Source: Candidatus Thorarchaeota archaeon (lineage in GTDB: Archaea; Asgardarchaeota; Thorarchaeia; Thorarchaeales; Thorarchaeaceae). From it: DNA of 15,041 nucleotides. This document shows positions 13,696 through 15,041 of the stretch, in pieces (position 1 is the stretch's first letter; every line of letters starts with the position of its first letter). The stretch is taken from assembly GCA_016840855.1 (NCBI GenBank), contig JAEORO010000090.1:1-15041 (forward strand), in the 5' to 3' direction. Made by a program: the position numbers and the translations under genes. A model generated the notes under the pieces. The model was not told where the DNA came from, did no database searches, and was given only the letters and a program-made list of their open reading frames with translations.

Positions 13696-14967
13696 TCAGT
13701 GTGTAGGCACATGCTGTTCAGTCGCAGGCATACTCGGTCGCTCATTGACCTGCCAAAAGTCTACTATCTTTTTCAATAGTTCAGTGATTCCTTGGCCAGT
13801 TATTGTTGAGGTTTCAATAAAGAAGAGTGGATGAGATTGACCATTCTCACCTAGAGATTTTGCGACCTCATCGCAATATTTGCGAGCTTCCTCTGTTGAA
13901 ACGGGAATATCGATTTCATCATCCTCATCATCATAGACTGGGTGATCACGTAAATCAGTCTTGTTCCCGACAATAATTATCGGAGGAGGAATCAAGAAAG
14001 CATTGGATAGTTCACGCACCCAGAAGTCGAGACTGTCAAAGCTCCATCTATCAGCTACTGAATACACAAGTACTGCAATCCCTGATCCTGTGTAGAACTC
14101 TGTTTTGGGTATTTTTGCCTCCATACTCTTCGGGAATGTCCATGCATCAACTCGAACATTTGACCCGTTATGTTCAATGATGTTGCTGAAGGTGAATGGC
14201 TTGGTGGGGGATAAGTCAAGAGAAGAGTAGTCATTTCCAAGCTTCAGATTACATTCAAAGATTATACTATTAACCCCAACTCCTTCCTCTCCAAGGAATA
14301 AGACTTTGAGATCCAATAAGTCTGAGATTGCCTCAGGTGAAGATTTCGCTTCTTCAGAAACATCTTCTAATGACGCTACAATCTCAGGTTCGTCCCAAAG
14401 GAATTTCACTGGTCTATCTGTGTCAGATGATTGTGTACGGGGTGTAGGAGTGCTTTCTGGAATATTCTCTGCATGGAAGGAATACACTAAGCCTTTGACT
14501 TCCTCACTTAGTGGGACATCCCAGATACTCATTGTCTGTGGGGCGGGAGTGTCTGTCTTTAGATCTTCAAGCTGATCTTCAAGCTGGTCTTCAAATTCAG
14601 GCGTTGCGACTATTACATTACTTTTGATCTCGTCAGAGATTTTAATTTTGCCAGTGGGAGAGAGGAATTCATCTTTTAAGCTATCAAGAGTGTTCAAAGC
14701 GCGTGAGAGTTCCAGCAAATCTTCCTTTGTTAACTCATCCTCTCCAGGAATCAAATCAACCTCGGGGAGTCCAACTCTTTTCAAAATGAACTTCAGAATC
14801 GGGTGAGGGACATTGAATCCGCGCAAATACGCAAATCGTTGCACCTCATCCATGATGTCTTTGAAGGATTTACCAGCAAACGTAAGTCTTCGAGTAACAG
14901 CGGGGTCCTTAATGTAGATACGATTGACCTTGAGACTTATGTCGATATTTGTCCCTGGGATTTGCAT
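13696..14967 (-). CDS. Protein with an uncharacterised N-terminal domain, an acidic linker and a C-terminal degenerate Rab/Ras-like small GTPase domain
   Basis: From aa ~219: LKVLFLGEEGVGVNS (G1-like), FYTGSGIAVLVYSVADRWSF, PIIIVGNKTDL (G4) and FIETSTITGQGITELL (G5). Confidence 0.88.
   Translation of the reverse strand: MQIPGTNIDISLKVNRIYIKDPAVTRRLTFAGKSFKDIMDEVQRFAYLRGFNVPHPILKFILKRVGLPEVDLIPGEDELTKEDLLELSRALNTLDSLKDEFLSPTGKIKISDEIKSNVIVATPEFEDQLEDQLEDLKTDTPAPQTMSIWDVPLSEEVKGLVYSFHAENIPESTPTPRTQSSDTDRPVKFLWDEPEIVASLEDVSEEAKSSPEAISDLLDLKVLFLGEEGVGVNSIIFECNLKLGNDYSSLDLSPTKPFTFSNIIEHNGSNVRVDAWTFPKSMEAKIPKTEFYTGSGIAVLVYSVADRWSFDSLDFWVRELSNAFLIPPPIIIVGNKTDLRDHPVYDDEDDEIDIPVSTEEARKYCDEVAKSLGENGQSHPLFFIETSTITGQGITELLKKIVDFWQVNERPSMPATEQHVPTH
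14563..14594. repeat. In-frame 12-nt tandem repeat (~2.7 copies) encoding EDQLEDQLED
   Basis: ATCTTCAAGCTG ATCTTCAAGCTG GTCTTCAA, within the linker of the GTPase-like gene. Confidence 0.75.
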
Positions 14968-15023
14968 CTTACGACAACCACGCCTTCCTCTTCATAAGTA
15001 ATTATATGAGGTATGAATAATTA

Positions 15024-15041
15024 CTATTTTTATATATTAAA
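15024..15041 (-). promoter_or_regulatory. Putative TATA element for the GTPase-like gene
   Basis: Minus strand TTTAATATATAAAAATAG, 60-75 nt upstream of ATG 14967; truncated by the window edge. Confidence 0.4.

Noticed and set aside
12198-14997. Short ORFs 12198-12425, 13631-13834, 14055-14240, 14306-14575, 14624-14806 and 14803-14997
   Set aside because: Antisense or alternate-frame shadows of aspS and the GTPase-like gene.
1-15041. CRISPR arrays, transposases, integrases, rRNA
   Set aside because: No regularly spaced repeats or mobile-element ORFs were seen, and nearly all the sequence is accounted for by the listed genes.

Overview
Densely coding archaeal window whose gene content points to an Asgard archaeon (Thorarchaeia-like is my best guess, not proven). 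Housekeeping genes flank it: TFIIB, ArgRS, a TldD/PmbA pair, YbjQ, AspRS and a small wHTH regulator. The centre (6175-11247) is a five-gene ESCRT locus in mixed orientation. It contains (i) a 526-aa Zn-finger/coiled-coil/PH-GLUE-like protein ending in a Vps23/Vps37-type steadiness box, (ii) a Vps2/24/46-class ESCRT-III, (iii) MIT-AAA Vps4, (iv) Vps25 with an acidic N-terminal extension, and (v) an apparent fusion of a Vps28 N-terminal (ESCRT-I) domain to a Vps22/36 winged-helix (ESCRT-II) module. No ubiquitin, E1/E2/E3 or UEV gene is visible in the window. The best candidate for an undescribed system is therefore a minimal, possibly ubiquitin-independent ESCRT-I/II/III pathway, with ESCRT-I and -II covalently joined and membrane targeting supplied by Zn-finger and PH domains. 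A Rab/Ras-like pseudo-GTPase lies at the right end. All family calls are by eye from remembered motifs; no searches were run.
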